Source: Utricularia gibba | Lineage: Eukaryota > Plantae > Magnoliophyta | Reading direction: 5' to 3' | Length of the DNA stretch: 35,972 nt | Assembly: GCA_002189035.1 (NCBI GenBank) | Contig: NEEC01000089.1 | Span: 1-35,972 of the forward strand | Part shown: positions 32,717 to 35,972 of the stretch, one piece after another | How the letters are laid out: every line of letters begins with the position of its first letter | Position numbering within the stretch: the first letter of the stretch is position 1 | The notes under the pieces: model-generated | Seen by the model: the letters and a program-made list of their open reading frames with translations, nothing else | Told to the model about the DNA's origin: nothing | Databases searched by the model: none | Translations under genes and position numbers: made by a program

Positions 32717-35700
32717 GTGGAACGCCAGTTAAGAATTTATTAATCGAATTATAATTTAAATATAATTCATTTGATATTTTTTATAATAAAAAAATATTGA
32801 AAAAATTAAAATATCACCCCCTGCCCCTCCTCTGAATCTCATCAAATATCTTTTTCAAAATTATTTATTTTTTAATTAGTATTTACTGCAAAAGACTATT
32901 CATTTAAATAAAAAACTGTTTTATTACAAAATAATTAAATGGCGCCCGATGCCACAAAAAATCTCTGCGTACGATATTTTTAATATATAGTTTTTATTTT
33001 ATGCAAAAATTAGATATTTTTATAGGGTGCTAGATGGAGAGTGGCAACCACTTTTATCAGTATCTTCATTAAACTTTGTATTTTTATCTGTTTGTAGTAA
33101 GTAAAATAAGGGATATTATTGTCTGATGGCGACATCCATATGGAGCCGGTAGGGCGCCTATTCAATAAATATCATCATGAACGAGGAAAATGCAAAGCCA
33201 TGTGGTCATCCTCCCGAAATTATTTGGATATTTTTTATTATATTATTAGTAAAGCCCCATCTGCGCTATACTTCTAAATAAATGATTTTTTTTTCTTTTG
33301 TACTAGTTATAGTTTAGAATTACCTCAAAAAATTTTGGAACAAGTAAAAATTTATGTACTTTTACATGGTTCCTACGGCTCCTATTATCATGATACAATC
33401 TCGTTTTGCATGGTATCATTTAATTCGAGTCTTCAATTCTCACGATTTTATGTTTTTTTTAAGTAAAAGACTTTACATAAGATTAGGAATATGCTATTAT
33501 TTAATAATATTTATTTTTTCATTTCTAATCAATACAAGATATCATCATAGAATATTGTTTAATATCATTTATAATTGATCTTCACTATTTAAAAATTGAG
33601 CAAAAATAGTTCACATTATTTATTTCAATGAAATTAGAAACCTAAATCATTCTTTCGAATCTAAATAGCACCACCACCATTTGGCTAGCAAGATTTAGTA
33701 ATATGTTTGCTGCATAAAGGACATCATATATCACATTATCCACAAATAGAGTTTTAAATTCCAAATGTACATAAGAAAATCATAATGGAACATTACACGT
33801 CAGATTATCCACAAATGGCATTAATAACATATTATTTTATGAGAGATAAATAAATTAAACATATTTCGATCAAATGGCAAATTGAAATTATGAAAAAATA
33901 AAAGTTGGGAAATTAAGGAGGGTTTAAAAAAATGATCAACTTTAGTTTTTCTTTATGTTGTAAAGTTAGCATTAACACGTGACCAAATTTGGGACTTAGA
34001 AAATGGATCCACCTGAATTTATTTTTCATAGGCTAAATAAAATAAAACGTGGCCAATTTTCTAAATCGGCGGCCAGTAAAGATGGGTATGGGTAGGTTAG
34101 GTACGGTAGGTTCTGTCCGTCGGTGCGCTCCCTTCCCTTATCGGGCATAACCGTGGAGCTAATTTTTTTTAATTTTCATTTAATTGGACCCCTGGAGTGT
34201 AAATGTGTGGGGCCCGCGTTCGTTGATTCAATAACAGTGCCTTTTTTTAATGGTCTAACATGTGTTTGATTATGTTTAATTAAGATTATTTTTCGAGAAT
34301 TGACTATAAAAATTAAAAAATAAAATTATACCAAACACGATTTTATAGATACGAACGGTATAAAAATACAAGGAAGAAGATCTCTCTGGAACACGAAACT
34401 ATTTTTGCACATGTATCTTATCAAAAGGTGGATTAGAGAACCATAATGTTGTGTTGTAATGTATATTGTATATATGTATGATAAATTATTTATATTAAAA
34501 TTAAAGATCTAATGAATCATACGATCACATTTGAAGTTAAAATATACAAATAATATAGATTATAATTTATAATTTTTTAAATACTTGAATAGTTTATTTT
34601 AATTTATCGATGATAAATTATTTATTTAAATATCTTTAACGTATCAAGCATGACTTGAAAAATGGAGCAAGGATTTTGGTTGTAGTACTTGTGTTTTTAA
34701 TGCAATATACTCGTGGTTTCAACGGTTGTTGTCTAGACAGTTGACGAAAAATCACCAGATGGTGGTTATTATAGCAAATGCCGGATTTGTGGTGCCACTG
34801 TGAAAAGAGAGAGACAAGATCATTCATTTCTGGGACCTGCTGCTGCATATCTTCAATCTCCCTCTGACCCATTTCTCTTCTTGCAATTCTATTTACTGCG
34901 CAGCGTCGGCACTCTTTCAGCACTGCACTGTAAATGATTGTGTTCTCTGGGTTTTTCCTCCTCTTCCCAACAAATAAATTTACGGACGGAGGTGATAATC
35001 AAGTCCTTGATTAATGTAACCCCAGTTTTGGAGTAGTCAAGGGCGGTAGTTGAAGAAAAAAGATGATGACAATCACCTTTTGATTTCGATTAAATAATGG
35101 AGTGGGCGACAGGAGCGTCTGTATTGTGGTTGATTCTGATATTAGAAGCACTTCACATGGGACGTGGTCCTCTTTCCGTGCCCTCATTTGCGTCGGGAGA
35201 AAAGCAACAAGGAGGATTAGGAGATAAGGATCAAGTTCAATGCAACAAACCAAGAAATGATCACAATTAATCATCGGGAGGGCATGTTATCGATCCCGGT
35301 TTGGAATATCCATCGCTCTGCGCTGGAGATGGCGCCCCAGCGGGATCGCACATACTGTGGCGTAGGACCCCAACTGTCCCCTCCTTCCTCTCTTCCTCCT
35401 TTTGACAAGCAGCCTTTCTAGTGCTGTGTTGCGAATAACGCTCTCCAAGCCTGCTCTGCGAAAACAGGCGAAGACGTCTGTCAGTCCCTCCTCCTCTTCT
35501 GCTCTATTCTGTTCGAGCATCATCAATTACTAGTCCAATGAACGGCAGCAGAGGTGAAGAAAGGGAATGAGATAGTGGTGGTGGTGGGTGGGTGGGTCGA
35601 GCCTCTCTGCCAAAAGCGCGACATTGTGGGAGATGAAAGACTGTGTCGTCACCTTTTCCTTTTGGTCATCATCAGCCAGATAGCATGCAACAACATTCAC

Positions 35701-35972
35701 ATATAAGATTCTCCAGAGACACCCACTTTTTTCTTTCAGACAGACCGAAAGATTATTGATGCTTGTAGAGTCCCAACTCCCAAGAGTACTTGATGCGAAG
35801 GTTAGATTAGATTCAATTCGTGGGTGCCCATCCCATGAACAGAGACATACATGATGAGCATGCCCGTCACGCCCAGTCGATGAGGGACCTTACGCCCATC
35901 AAGAACTCAAGCCCAATGCTACTCTCCAGCATATTTTTGATACGTAACCATACTCCATAACAAAAATCACCC

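Noticed and set aside
34636-35972. Possible gene at the right end (ORFs 34636-34923 and 35287-35526, plus a second open minus frame ending PGSITCPPDD*)
   Set aside because: No recognisable domain, convincing splice acceptor or consistent exon chain. Unresolved without a homology search or the adjacent window.

Overview
Plant (angiosperm) nuclear DNA with small introns and AT-rich spacers; every identifiable gene is on the minus strand. The left part holds a PMEI gene (51-563), a TBL2-like O-acetyltransferase (821-3352) and an 11-exon NIK3/CIK1-like LRR receptor kinase (4000-6727). The last two contain 1-2 bp indels, most plausibly assembly errors. From 8.6 to 32.7 kb lies a tandem array of six BURP-domain genes of the polygalacturonase beta-subunit (PG1beta) type. 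The canonical copy F (30684-32655) has 21 FxxY repeats. The five derived copies A-E keep the signal peptide, pro-region and all four CH motifs, but replace the FxxY domain with a hypervariable aromatic cassette. In A and B this cassette carries FxxYNxY cores. In C and D it is a Cys-flanked cationic aromatic loop. In E it is a His-rich repeat domain built from nine phase-0 mini-exons (consensus EDEIKPEAVxDISFHRYHQKGGHKM). This architecture suggests, by inference only, a PG1beta-derived family of autocatalytic BURP peptide cyclase (burpitide) precursors with unusual cores. The array also preserves a readable intron-gain mechanism. An intron-containing ARF10/16/17 gene fragment, split by a 120-bp Mutator-like insertion, lies between E and F. 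Exon boundaries were read by hand; no database search was run.
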